64,000 bases of DNA from Candidatus Yanofskybacteria bacterium (GCA_016185525.1 JACPNK010000002.1:11616-75615); one strand, 5' to 3'. Counted from the stretch's first letter, positions 19,220 through 28,806 are shown. Translations and numbers: made by a program. Notes: generated from the sequence alone by a model not told the origin.

Positions 19220-20299
19220 ATGTACGAAGGCGCTTTTACGGTCTTCAATGTAGTCAAGATTTTTGCGGTATCCACAGTTTCTTTTTTTGTGGCTATTTTA
19301 ATTACTCCGATTTGGAGCAAAATATTGTTGAAGTACTTTCGCCCTGGCAAGGAAATAGAGCGTGGCAAAAATACCTTTTGGGGCGAAACGCCCATTTTTA
19401 ACTCTCTTCACAAAAAGAAAGAGGGAACGCCGACCATGGGAGGACTGATAATTTGGTTTACGGTTGCTGTTTTGACTGTCTTATTTTGGTATTTTTCAAA
19501 TGTTTTTGACGGGTTCTGGTCCAAAATAAATTTTCTCTCGCGCAGTCAGACCCTTTTGCCTTTGGGTTTTTTGATTTTGGCCGGCTTAATTGGAATTGTG
19601 GACGATATCTTTGGCGTAAAGCGTCGAAAGGGACTGACTCTTGGAAAACGCTTGATCCTTTTTACTTTGTTGGCCATTTTCGGCGCTTGGTGGTTTTATC
19701 ATAAATTAGGCTGGAACTTTATAAATGTACCTTTTTTGGGAGATTTTACGGTTGGTTTGTGGTATGTCCCTATTTTTATTTTGGTTATTGTGGCTACGGC
19801 TTTTTCCGCTGACATAACTGACGGTTTGGATGGTTTAAGCGGCGGGATATTTTTACTTTCTTTCAGCGCTTTGGGGGCTATCGCTTTTGTTCAGGGCCGT
19901 ACAGACTTGGTTGTTTTTATAGCGGCTATTGTCGGAGCTTTAGTGGCTTTTTTGTGGTTTAACATTTATCCGGCCAGATTTTTTATGGGCGATACCGGTG
20001 TTATGGCTTTGGGTTTTGTTTTGGGCGTTGTTGCTATGCTTACCAACACATTTCTTCTTCTCCCGATTATCTGCGTGGTTTTTGTTCTGGAATCCTTATC
20101 GGTGATTTTGCAGACGGCTTCTAAAAAGATTCGCAAAAAAAAGATTTTCTTATCTACTCCAATCCATCATCATTTTGAAGCTCTTGGCTGGCCGGAAACC
20201 CAAGTTACCATGCGTTTTTGGATGATCTCGGCAATCGGCGCAATATTGGGAATTATAATTTTCTTGGTTGACTCTAAAATACCGCCGTTATTCAAATGA
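19220..20299 (+). CDS. mraY: phospho-N-acetylmuramoyl-pentapeptide transferase
   Basis: KEGTPTMGG, DGLDGL, FMGDTG and PIHHHFE motifs. Confidence 0.97.
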   Translation: MYEGAFTVFNVVKIFAVSTVSFFVAILITPIWSKILLKYFRPGKEIERGKNTFWGETPIFNSLHKKKEGTPTMGGLIIWFTVAVLTVLFWYFSNVFDGFWSKINFLSRSQTLLPLGFLILAGLIGIVDDIFGVKRRKGLTLGKRLILFTLLAIFGAWWFYHKLGWNFINVPFLGDFTVGLWYVPIFILVIVATAFSADITDGLDGLSGGIFLLSFSALGAIAFVQGRTDLVVFIAAIVGALVAFLWFNIYPARFFMGDTGVMALGFVLGVVAMLTNTFLLLPIICVVFVLESLSVILQTASKKIRKKKIFLSTPIHHHFEALGWPETQVTMRFWMISAIGAILGIIIFLVDSKIPPLFK

Positions 20300-21381
20300 C
20301 CCAATTGGGGAGGAATATTATTATTTTAACCTTGCTTCTGATTGTTTTTGGCTTGGTCACGCTTTCCTCTGCCGGTATCATTGACGGCCAAAAGAAATTT
20401 GGTTCAGAATACTATTATTTCAACCACCAAATACTAAACGGCATATTGCCCGGTCTTTTGCTTTTTTTTATATTTTCTAAAGTCAAATACAAATTTTGGA
20501 AAAAAATCTCTTTGCCGCTTTTAATTTTCAGTCTTGCGCTTTTGTTGGCTGTGTTTGTTACGCGTTTTGGTTTTTCGGCTAAAGGCGCAACTCGCTGGCT
20601 TAACTTCGGTTTGATAAGTTTTCAGCCTTCAGAAATTTTAAAGTTAAGCCTCATTATTTACTTTGCGGCTTGGTTTAGCGGCAGAAGCGAAAAAATCAAA
20701 AGCTGGTCTTACTCGATAGTGCCTTTCTTTGTGGTTTTGGGTTTTGTCGGACTTCTTCTGGCTCTACAGCCGGATGTTGGAACTTTGGGCATAGTCGCTC
20801 TGATAGCCTTATCATTATATTTTTTCGCCGGCGCCAAGACATCTCACTTTGGGGGGTTGATTCTTGTTTTAGCCGTTGCTTTTTTTGTTTTGGTTCAGCT
20901 CGCGCCTTACAGATTTGACAGGTTTCTGACATTTTTTAATCCGGCCTCTGATCCCCAAGGCATTTCCTACCATATAAATCAGTCTCTTATCGCTGTGGGA
21001 AGGGGCGGTTTGTGGGGAGTCGGTTTTGGCCAAAGCCAGCAAAAACTTGGTTTTTTGCCGGAACCGGTCGGTGATTCTATTTTTGCTGTTATGGCAGAAG
21101 AATTGGGCTTGGTAGGCGCCGCTTCTCTCATCACTCTCTTCTTTCTGCTTTCCTTACAGCTGGTTAAAATTACACAAAATAGCACAGACCGTTTTGGCGG
21201 ACTTTTTGCTTTAGGAATGACTGTTTGGGTGGCGAGCCAGTCCTTGATTAATATCGGGGCAATAACCGGTTTACTGCCCTTAACCGGAATTCCTTTACCG
21301 TTTGTCAGTTATGGCGGGACTTCTATTGCCACTCTTTTAGCCGGTCTTGGTATCGCCGTGAATATTGCTAAGACGACTTAA
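20296..21381 (+). CDS. ftsW: SEDS peptidoglycan polymerase FtsW
   Basis: GATRW, FQPSE, QPD, EELG and LPFVSYGG motifs; follows mraY. Confidence 0.9.
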   Translation: MTQLGRNIIILTLLLIVFGLVTLSSAGIIDGQKKFGSEYYYFNHQILNGILPGLLLFFIFSKVKYKFWKKISLPLLIFSLALLLAVFVTRFGFSAKGATRWLNFGLISFQPSEILKLSLIIYFAAWFSGRSEKIKSWSYSIVPFFVVLGFVGLLLALQPDVGTLGIVALIALSLYFFAGAKTSHFGGLILVLAVAFFVLVQLAPYRFDRFLTFFNPASDPQGISYHINQSLIAVGRGGLWGVGFGQSQQKLGFLPEPVGDSIFAVMAEELGLVGAASLITLFFLLSLQLVKITQNSTDRFGGLFALGMTVWVASQSLINIGAITGLLPLTGIPLPFVSYGGTSIATLLAGLGIAVNIAKTT

Positions 21382-21390
21382 AACAAGGCT

Positions 21391-21663
21391 TTAAGCCTTG
21401 TTTTGTTTTTTGTTCAGAGATTGCGCCAGTCTTGATTTGTATCGACTGGCGGTGTTTTTTTTGATAACGCCTTTTTTAGCGGCTTTGTCTACGGCTTGAT
21501 ATACCACGGGCAGGAAAGTTTTTGCTTTTTCCAGATTGCCGGCAGACACTTCTTTGCGAAAGTCTTTTACGGCAGATTTAAAACCCCTTTTAAATTTTAG
21601 GTTTTCCAGATGGCGTTTTTTAGATTGTCTCAAGGCCTTCTTGGCCGATTGAGTTATGGGCAT
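21391..21663 (-). CDS. rpsT: 30S ribosomal protein S20
   Basis: SAKKALRQS..DKAAKKGVIKKNTASRYKSRL. Confidence 0.97.
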   Translation of the reverse strand: MPITQSAKKALRQSKKRHLENLKFKRGFKSAVKDFRKEVSAGNLEKAKTFLPVVYQAVDKAAKKGVIKKNTASRYKSRLAQSLNKKQNKA

Positions 21664-21731
21664 TGTTTTGCAATAATAACACGGCGTTTAATTTTTGCAA
21701 GTATTAAAAACCGGCTTTTGTGCCGGCGGTT

Positions 21732-22316
21732 TTAGTCATGCCAACGGGATGAGGCGACTCTGTACAGGTTATTAACTAGTTTCTCAAAAGTGGTGCCTGG
21801 AGCGTACTCAAACTCAATATTGTAGTTGCATTCCGGACAATACAGCTTTATCCAGTCAGCTTTGCCTGTGGGTCGAAACCTCATTATTTGCTTCTTGCCT
21901 TGAGAGGTTCTGCAGTGCCAAGCTCTAAAGCCTTTTGGGCCTCCGGGCTCTAGGGTTATGTGTCCGTCTCTAAAGTGAACTCCTGCTACAGAATTAGATC
22001 CCGGCTGGATATTTTCCTCAACAAGATTATCAATTTGTTCGTTAATTAGTTTCTCTATATCAACATAAAATTTATCAAAATCTTTTTGTGGCAGGTCTCT
22101 TACTTCAAGTCTAAAGCCACAGTTTTTACAGAAAAGGACGGAAATGTTTTGGTTGGGTCTTGAAAATGACATTACAGAATATGACGAAAACGGATCGGAG
22201 TTACAGAAATGACGGCCTACTAGTCTGTCACCATCAAGCACTTCTATGTCTAGCATACCCAGTGGGGTTGTTCGTAAAGTATGTGCCAAAATATTTGCTT
22301 GCTTAGGCATTGTCAT
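21732..22316 (-). CDS. hypothetical protein with two putative zinc-ribbon repeats
   Basis: HFC...CKNC and WHC...CPEC segments. Confidence 0.65.
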   Translation of the reverse strand: MTMPKQANILAHTLRTTPLGMLDIEVLDGDRLVGRHFCNSDPFSSYSVMSFSRPNQNISVLFCKNCGFRLEVRDLPQKDFDKFYVDIEKLINEQIDNLVEENIQPGSNSVAGVHFRDGHITLEPGGPKGFRAWHCRTSQGKKQIMRFRPTGKADWIKLYCPECNYNIEFEYAPGTTFEKLVNNLYRVASSRWHD

Positions 22317-22354
22317 CCTCTAATAATTCAAAGAACTTGTTAAGTGTGAGACTA

Positions 22355-23086
22355 TCATTTTTTGCTAAGACTGTCCAATCTTACTGATTTTCTAATGTTG
22401 TATCTGCCAATTCCGGTTCTGATAAGTTTTTCCAGATATCCGCCGGTCTTTAAGACTTTGCCTAAGTCATGGGCAAGTGAGCGAATGTATGTGCCGGAGG
22501 AAACTTTAGTTTCAATCTCTAAATAGGGCCACTTATATTTTAAAATTTTGATTGAGTAAATTTTTACTTTTCTTGGTTTTAATTCGGGTGTAATTCCGCG
22601 GCGGGCAAGTTCGTAGGCTTTCCTGCCTTTAATCTTGACGGCGGAAAACAAGGGGGGAGTTTGTATAATTTCTCCTGTAAATTTTTTCAAAACTTCTCTG
22701 ACTTTAGGCAAATCAGCTATACCACCTACCTTCGACCCTCGACTTGTCGCTCGGGAATTTTCAGGTAGGTGTATAGCTGATTTGCCACCAGAAATCCCTT
22801 GAGATTCTATTTGTTTTATGTGTCCGGTTAAATCTCCGGTGTCAGATTCCGCTCCGAGTTTAATTGTTGCTTTATAAGTTTTGTCCATCTTCAAAAATTG
22901 TCCCAATTTCTTAGTGTATTCCCGTCCTACGGCCACAATCAAAACCCCCTCGGCAAAAGGATCAAGCGTGCCAGCATGGCCGACTCTTTGTTCTCCGCTT
23001 AACTTTCTAATCTGATTAACGATGTCATGCGAAGTCGGCCCAGCCGGTTTGTATATGTTGTAGATACCGCATTTTAACTTTTTCAT
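22355..23086 (-). CDS. truB: tRNA pseudouridine(55) synthase, with an in-frame palindromic insertion
   Basis: VGHAGTLDPFAEG, PPLFSAVK and SSGTYIRSL motifs; the track's longer start lies inside repeat E2. Confidence 0.95.
   Translation of the reverse strand: MKKLKCGIYNIYKPAGPTSHDIVNQIRKLSGEQRVGHAGTLDPFAEGVLIVAVGREYTKKLGQFLKMDKTYKATIKLGAESDTGDLTGHIKQIESQGISGGKSAIHLPENSRATSRGSKVGGIADLPKVREVLKKFTGEIIQTPPLFSAVKIKGRKAYELARRGITPELKPRKVKIYSIKILKYKWPYLEIETKVSSGTYIRSLAHDLGKVLKTGGYLEKLIRTGIGRYNIRKSVRLDSLSKK
22707..22786. repeat. palindromic element inside truB
   Basis: GGCAAATCAGCTATAC-C-ACCTACCT ... AGGTAGGT-GTATAGCTGATTTGCC. Confidence 0.85.
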
Positions 23087-23102
23087 TGACACAAAAAACG
23101 TA

Positions 23103-23260
23103 GTCATTATGCCTCTGAGGGCAGTAAAAGTTGCGAGGGGCACGGTTTGTCAACGACCAGGCACTTTCGCAGAAAGTGCCTGGCTCTTGACAAGACGAGC
23201 AACTTTTTCTGATGACAAAACCTCGCTGGGGTTTTGGAAGTCCCGAAGAGGTATAATGAC
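23103..23260. repeat. branched hairpin element E2 (subtype A)
   Basis: Terminal stem GTCATTATGCCTCT/AGAGGTATAATGAC; core nearly identical to E5 and E7; TCGCTGG loop. Confidence 0.9.
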
Positions 23261-23266
23261 GAAGTT

Positions 23267-25261
23267 TTAAAACAGTTTCTTCAGCTCTTTCATCTGCTCC
23301 CTAATCACCATTGCTTTTTCAAATTCCAGATTTTTAATTGCTTTGCTAATCTCTTTTTGTAGTTCTGCCAATTTGTTTTTATTTGAAACTGAATCTGAAG
23401 ATTTTGACAAGTCGTATCCAGCATAAACCATTTTAGGTGTTGCTGAAGCGGGCAAGTCGCTTTTTGTAATGTTTTTGTAAATTGTGGTCGGGGTGATCTT
23501 GTTTTTAAAATTATATTTTTCCTGTATTTTCCGGCGGCGAAACGTCTCTTTAGTTGCGGCTTCCATGGATTTGGTTTTTTTATCAGCATACATCAAAATA
23601 TGACCGTCAACGTTTCTGGCCGCTCTCCCCATAGTTTGAATTAAGGTGGTGGCGTTGCGCAGAAATCCTTCTTTGTCTGCGTCTAAAATCGCTATCAAGG
23701 AAACTTCGGGCAAATCCAGACCCTCTCTTAGCAAATTAACACCGACAATGACGTCATAGTTGCCCAAACGCAGGTCGTGTATAATTTCTAACCGTTTTAA
23801 GGTTTTAATTTCAGAGTGTATATAGTTAACTTTAATTTTTTCGTCAGCCAAATATTCCGCTAAATCTTCCGCCATTCTTTTGGTTAAGGTGGTGACTAAG
23901 ACCCTTTGTTTTTTGGCTACCCTTTTTCTTATTTCTGAAACGAGATGCGGTATCTGGCCTTCGGTCGGGAAGACCTCAATCGTCGGATCAAGCAGACCGG
24001 TGGGTCTGACCAACTGTTCGGCCAGACCCTTCTTGCCCGATTTTTTTAGCTCAAAAGTCTTTGGGGTCGCGGAAACATAAATTACCTGATTTATTCTTTC
24101 AGAGAATTCGTCAAATCTTAGAGGCCTGTTGTCAATTGCTGAAGGCAGTCTGAAGCCGTGTTCTATAAGCGTTGATTTTCTGGAATGGTCGCCATGAAAC
24201 ATGCCTCTGACTTGAGGAATGGTAATATGCGACTCGTCAATTATGGTCAAAAAATCTTTTTTTGTTTTGAAAAAATCAAGCATCGTGTAAGGCGGGTCTC
24301 CGGGATTTCTGAAATCAAGGTGGCAAGAGTAATTTTCAATGCCGTGGCAGTAGCCGGTCTGCTTAATCATTTCCAAGTCCAGTTCCGTGCGCTCTTTGAG
24401 ACGCCAGGCTTCTTCGCTTCGGCCGTCTTTTTTCAGTTTTTTAATATGTTTATCCAATTCCGTCTTAATGTTGCTTAAAGCTATAGAGAGTTTGTTTTGG
24501 GGAGCAATCCAGTATTTTGCCGGGAAGATCTTTGTTTCAACAACTCTGTGATATTTCAGATCGCCAAAGTCCAAAGCTTCTAGGTCAATATTTTCGGCCA
24601 CGCCCATTCTTTTTATCTTATTATTCAAAATTTTTATTTTTATAACACGATCTCCGGTGGCCGGTACAATTTCAAATTCTTCACTGGTTTTTCTGAACTT
24701 TCCTCTTTTAAGTTCTATGTCCTGGGCATACTGAAGACGGATTAAATTTTTGTGCAGTTCTGCGCCGGTCATTTTTTGGCCTTCAGAAACTTCCAAACTC
24801 ATTTTTTTGTATTCTTCCGGCGAGCCCAGGTTGTAGATGCAAGAAACGGAAGCGACGACGATAACATCATCTCTGGTCAGCAAAGCTTGGGTCGCGGCGT
24901 GGCGGAGCTTGTCAATTTCTTCATTGATGCGGGAGTCTTTTTCTATATAGGTTTTGGTGTGGGGTATGTAAGCCTCCGGCTGATAATAGTCGTAGTAACT
25001 TACAAAATAGTGAACTGAATTTTGAGGAAAGAATTCTTTAAATTCTTGGTAAAGCTGGGCGGCCAAGGTTTTATTGGGAGAAATAACAAGAGTCGGTTTT
25101 TTGATTTCGGCAATGACGTTGGCAATGGTAAAAGTTTTGCCCGAGCCGGTTACGCCCAAAAGTGTCTGGTGTTTTAAACCGGATTTTAACCCAGCCACAA
25201 GCTTCTCAACTGCTTGAGGCTGGTCGCCGGTCGGTTTAAATTTTGATGTTAATTTGAACAT
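23267..25261 (-). CDS. uvrB: excinuclease ABC subunit B
   Basis: PTGDQP, GVTGSGKT, YYDYYQPEAY, DESH and LLREGLDLPEV motifs; ATG at 25261. Confidence 0.98.
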   Translation of the reverse strand: MFKLTSKFKPTGDQPQAVEKLVAGLKSGLKHQTLLGVTGSGKTFTIANVIAEIKKPTLVISPNKTLAAQLYQEFKEFFPQNSVHYFVSYYDYYQPEAYIPHTKTYIEKDSRINEEIDKLRHAATQALLTRDDVIVVASVSCIYNLGSPEEYKKMSLEVSEGQKMTGAELHKNLIRLQYAQDIELKRGKFRKTSEEFEIVPATGDRVIKIKILNNKIKRMGVAENIDLEALDFGDLKYHRVVETKIFPAKYWIAPQNKLSIALSNIKTELDKHIKKLKKDGRSEEAWRLKERTELDLEMIKQTGYCHGIENYSCHLDFRNPGDPPYTMLDFFKTKKDFLTIIDESHITIPQVRGMFHGDHSRKSTLIEHGFRLPSAIDNRPLRFDEFSERINQVIYVSATPKTFELKKSGKKGLAEQLVRPTGLLDPTIEVFPTEGQIPHLVSEIRKRVAKKQRVLVTTLTKRMAEDLAEYLADEKIKVNYIHSEIKTLKRLEIIHDLRLGNYDVIVGVNLLREGLDLPEVSLIAILDADKEGFLRNATTLIQTMGRAARNVDGHILMYADKKTKSMEAATKETFRRRKIQEKYNFKNKITPTTIYKNITKSDLPASATPKMVYAGYDLSKSSDSVSNKNKLAELQKEISKAIKNLEFEKAMVIREQMKELKKLF

Positions 25262-25271
25262 GGCAAAAGTA

Positions 25272-25431
25272 AGCTTCGCAGATACAGCCTTTTCGGTACT
25301 TTCGCTGATTCCAGCGATCAGCTCACTCACTGTTCGCTCGGGTTGTGGAAGGAGTCGAAGAAATATTATACTCCTTCCAACCTAGCCAACCGCGAGCTCA
25401 CAGTGACCTCAAAGGCTGTATCTGCTACGCT
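25272..25431. repeat. branched hairpin element E3 (subtype B)
   Basis: Terminal stem GCAGATACAGCCTTT/AAAGGCTGTATCTGC; similar to E8 and to the reverse complement of E4. Confidence 0.9.
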
Positions 25432-25529
25432 CTCTAGTCACACTAACAAGAAACGAGCGTCCGGAAAAAGCAATATTTGCCAGACTAACCGCATCTCTAC
25501 TTTAAAAAAGTATTATTTTATGAAACAAT

Positions 25530-26129
25530 ATGAGGGTGATCTCGTTTATCAGCGGCACAATTGAGGCTGTTTCTGACCGATCGGTTATAGTAAACACCGG
25601 CGGACTGGGCTATAGGGTCATATTGCCAGAAAGAGTTCATGGTATTTTATCAAAAGTAGGCTCACAAGTCAAGCTTTTTGTGTACACTAATTTTAACTCG
25701 CGAGAAGGGATTTTTGATTTCTACGGCTTTGAAAAGCCGGAGGAATTGGCTTTTTTTCAATTGCTCTTGACTGTTTCCGGCGTCGGGCCGAAGTCGGCGC
25801 AGGGGTTGCTTTCCTCGGTTGACTTGCAGACTTTGCAGTTGGCTATTATCAAGGGCGATGACAATTACTTGAGAAAGTTGTCGGGTGTCGGCTCTAAAAC
25901 CAGTCAGCGCATAATTTTGGAATTGAAAAATAAATTATTAGAAAAAGGTCTTGGCGTGGGCCAAGACCGTGATTTTGCTTCTGAAGGCGAGGCAATAGAC
26001 GCTTTAGTTGCTCTTGGGTACTCCGCTTATCAGGGCAGAGAAGCGCTAAAAGAGGTCTCGGCAGATGCCAAGACCTCGGAAGATAAAATCAAAGAAGCAT
26101 TAAAAATTTTAGGCAAGAGTAAAAAGTAA
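25530..26129 (+). CDS. ruvA: Holliday junction branch migration protein RuvA
   Basis: GGLGY, YGF, VSGVGPKSA, RIILELK and ALVALGY motifs. Confidence 0.96.
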   Translation: MRVISFISGTIEAVSDRSVIVNTGGLGYRVILPERVHGILSKVGSQVKLFVYTNFNSREGIFDFYGFEKPEELAFFQLLLTVSGVGPKSAQGLLSSVDLQTLQLAIIKGDDNYLRKLSGVGSKTSQRIILELKNKLLEKGLGVGQDRDFASEGEAIDALVALGYSAYQGREALKEVSADAKTSEDKIKEALKILGKSKK

Positions 26130-27067
26130 TGAGCTTTTTGCAATCAAAAGACTGGTTGGAATTTCAAAAATTTTTAGGGAGGTCTGTTTTTGAATATGAC
26201 AAAGAGGGAATTAAAGCGGGAATCATAAAATTGCCCGAGCCTTTTAAGAAAAGCTATCTTTATATTGCTCACGGTCCGGAGATGGATTTTAATTCAATGG
26301 CGGGGGGGTTAAAAAATCCGGTTAGTAATTTTACAGCTTGGCTTAAAGATTTGGCTGAAAAAGAAAAATCAATTTTTATTAAGGCCGAACCTCTGGCCGA
26401 CAATATCGCCCAAGTTCTTGCTGAACATAAATTCAAAAAATCTAAAAAAGAAATACAGCCACCCAAAACAGTTATTTTGGATTTGTCCAAAAGCGAAGAC
26501 GACCTGCTTAACGCGATGCATCACAAAACCAGATATAACGTTAAAGTTGCGGAAAAAAACGGGATTGTTGTCAAAGAAAGCGATGACCTTGAGTCATTCT
26601 GGAAGTTGATAAAAAAAACTTCAAAAAGAGACAAATTTTCTTCTCACTCCAAGGACTATTACGAAAAACTTCTTAAATTTTTTAACGACGGCAAGGAGAT
26701 CACATCAGGGTTGAACCTCGCTTATTATAAAGATCAGCCAGTTGCCGGACTTATTTTAATGACTCACAAAGATACTGCTTACTATTTGCACGGGGCTTCG
26801 GACTATGATTACCGTCAGTACATGGCTCCATACAAACTACACTGGGAAGTGATTAAAAAGTTACAATGGGCATCTTTGCAGAAGTCTGCAAAGATGCCCA
26901 TTGTAGGATACGATCTTTGGGGGATTGATTCCAAGAAATGGCCGGGGGTAACTCGTTTCAAATTTGGCTGGGGCGGCAAAGTTGTTGAATATCCCGGCTC
27001 TTTTGACTTGCCGATTTCTAAATTTTGGTTTTTGGCTTATAAAGTAGCGAGAAGATTAGAACCTTGA
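26129..27067 (+). CDS. FemABX-family peptidoglycan bridge peptidyltransferase
   Basis: FLQS..W, KTRYNV, YLHGAS, YDLWGI and GVTRFK.GWGG motifs. Confidence 0.9.
   Translation: MSFLQSKDWLEFQKFLGRSVFEYDKEGIKAGIIKLPEPFKKSYLYIAHGPEMDFNSMAGGLKNPVSNFTAWLKDLAEKEKSIFIKAEPLADNIAQVLAEHKFKKSKKEIQPPKTVILDLSKSEDDLLNAMHHKTRYNVKVAEKNGIVVKESDDLESFWKLIKKTSKRDKFSSHSKDYYEKLLKFFNDGKEITSGLNLAYYKDQPVAGLILMTHKDTAYYLHGASDYDYRQYMAPYKLHWEVIKKLQWASLQKSAKMPIVGYDLWGIDSKKWPGVTRFKFGWGGKVVEYPGSFDLPISKFWFLAYKVARRLEP
26862..26905. repeat. perfect 21-bp inverted repeat inside the FemABX gene
   Basis: TACAATGGGCATCTTTGCAGA-AG-TCTGCAAAGATGCCCATTGTA. Confidence 0.9.
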
Positions 27068-27132
27068 CATTTTGTTTATTTTAGATTAGGATTGTTTAAG
27101 TTGTTTTAAATTTTGTAAGTTGAGGAGAAAAT

Positions 27133-27438
27133 ATGTTACAAGATCTTCAGCAAAGAGTTACTGAACTAGAAAAACATCTTGAAGGAATGACGTCAAATTG
27201 GAATCTTTCAATGTCGAGCCATACTGTTACCCAAGGTAGGTTGCGAGCAAAGGAAGAGCAGTTTGAACTTCTTTCTAAAGAGCTGGAGAGAGTTAACTAT
27301 CATGCGGCAGAGTTAAGAGGCCAACTGAATTTAGCAAACAAAAGAGAAGAAGATTTAAAACAAGAAATCAGGGAACTTAAGAATAGATATGACGAGCTGG
27401 TTGATAAATTGTTGGACAGGGTGAATGTTGCCGGGTAA
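27133..27438 (+). CDS. coiled-coil hypothetical protein
   Basis: 101 aa with heptad pattern; GAGGAG SD; TTGACA upstream. Confidence 0.7.
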   Translation: MLQDLQQRVTELEKHLEGMTSNWNLSMSSHTVTQGRLRAKEEQFELLSKELERVNYHAAELRGQLNLANKREEDLKQEIRELKNRYDELVDKLLDRVNVAG

Positions 27439-27510
27439 GAATTGTGTTATAAAGTGCGCTTTGACTGGACGCACTTTTTATTTTGCGCAAATTGTTCTAA
27501 GCTTTGACTG

Positions 27511-28791
27511 ATGTTCAGAGAAAATAAAGTGTTGGAAAAATTACTTAATTTTGGTCGAAGGATTATTCCAAAGAAATTTTTTAAAGCCGGACAGCCGGTT
27601 TATCATTGGGGACTGGCTTGGGCGGGGGCTTTAATTTACGGTTTCCCTTCGCGCTCAATGAAGGTTGTCGGAGTAACGGGGACTAAGGGCAAATCAACGA
27701 CAGTTTTTTTGATTGCTAAAATTTTTGAAGAAGCGGGATTGCCGGTGGCTATGATTGGCTCGTTGGGATACAAAATCAAAGAAAAAGAGTGGCCCAATAC
27801 TTTGAAGATGACTATGCCCGGCAGACTCAAGATTCAGCAGTTTTTATATCGGGCAAAAAATGCCGGTTGTAAATATGTGGTCTTGGAGATTACCTCCGAG
27901 GGCATAAAACAAAAAAGACATCTGGGAATTAAATTTGATTCGGCGGTCTTGACCAATATCTACAAAGAACACATTGAAAACCACGGTTCTTTTGAGAACT
28001 ATGTCAGGGCCAAGGAACGGCTTTTTAAAAAAACAAAACTCACTCACATTCTTAATGAAGATGAACCATTACTTGAAAGGTTTAAAAAGTTCAAGTCAAA
28101 CAAAAAAATTTTGTATGGCTGGCATGACTGGGAGAAGTTGGGCTTGTCCACCGAGTTGAAGGGGGATTTTAACAAATACAATATTCTGGCGGCGATAGCA
28201 GTGGCTGAAAACTATGGAATCAGTCTGGATGTTATAAAAAAAGCTTTGGCAAAAGTTCACTTAATTCCCGGAAGGATGGAGTTTGTGGATGCCGGCCAGC
28301 CTTTCAAAGTCGTGGTTGACTACGCTCATACGCCTGATAGTTTAGATATGGTTTATGATACTTTGAAAAAAGACTTGTCGCCAAACGGCAGATTGATTTG
28401 CGTGCTCGGGGCGGCGGGTGGCGGCAGGGACAAATGGAAGAGGCCGGAGTTTGGCAGAATTGCGGCAAAGTATTGCGATGAAATTGTTTTAACTAATGAA
28501 GACCCTTATGATGAAAATCCGCTTGAAATTGTAAAACAAATTGAAAGCGGATTTTCAAAAAATCCAAATGACCCGCCTACGCCGAGGCTTCAGCGGGCAG
28601 GCAAAATCCAAATGACAAAATATGAAAAAATTTTGGATCGAAAAGAGGCGATTAAAAAAGCCTTGACTTCAGCCAAAGAAGGTGATACCGTCGTGATAAC
28701 GGGCAAGGGGTCAGAAACCTCCATGGCGGTTGCCGGAGGCCAAAAGATTTCTTGGTCCGATAAGGAAGTGGTGGAAGAACTTTTAAAATAA
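27511..28791 (+). CDS. murE: UDP-N-acetylmuramoyl-tripeptide synthetase (Mur ligase)
   Basis: GVTGTKGKST, PGRME, VDYAHTPDS, GGRD..KR, EDPYDE and TGKGSE motifs. Confidence 0.92.
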   Translation: MFRENKVLEKLLNFGRRIIPKKFFKAGQPVYHWGLAWAGALIYGFPSRSMKVVGVTGTKGKSTTVFLIAKIFEEAGLPVAMIGSLGYKIKEKEWPNTLKMTMPGRLKIQQFLYRAKNAGCKYVVLEITSEGIKQKRHLGIKFDSAVLTNIYKEHIENHGSFENYVRAKERLFKKTKLTHILNEDEPLLERFKKFKSNKKILYGWHDWEKLGLSTELKGDFNKYNILAAIAVAENYGISLDVIKKALAKVHLIPGRMEFVDAGQPFKVVVDYAHTPDSLDMVYDTLKKDLSPNGRLICVLGAAGGGRDKWKRPEFGRIAAKYCDEIVLTNEDPYDENPLEIVKQIESGFSKNPNDPPTPRLQRAGKIQMTKYEKILDRKEAIKKALTSAKEGDTVVITGKGSETSMAVAGGQKISWSDKEVVEELLK

Positions 28792-28806
28792 AAAAGGAGA
28801 AAAAAG

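Noticed and set aside
23103-23260. Hammerhead ribozyme (CTGATGA-stem-GAA in E2 and E5)
   Set aside because: In E7 the CT is replaced by GC with a compensatory change, so it is paired. GAAA and the NUH cleavage triplet geometry are also missing.
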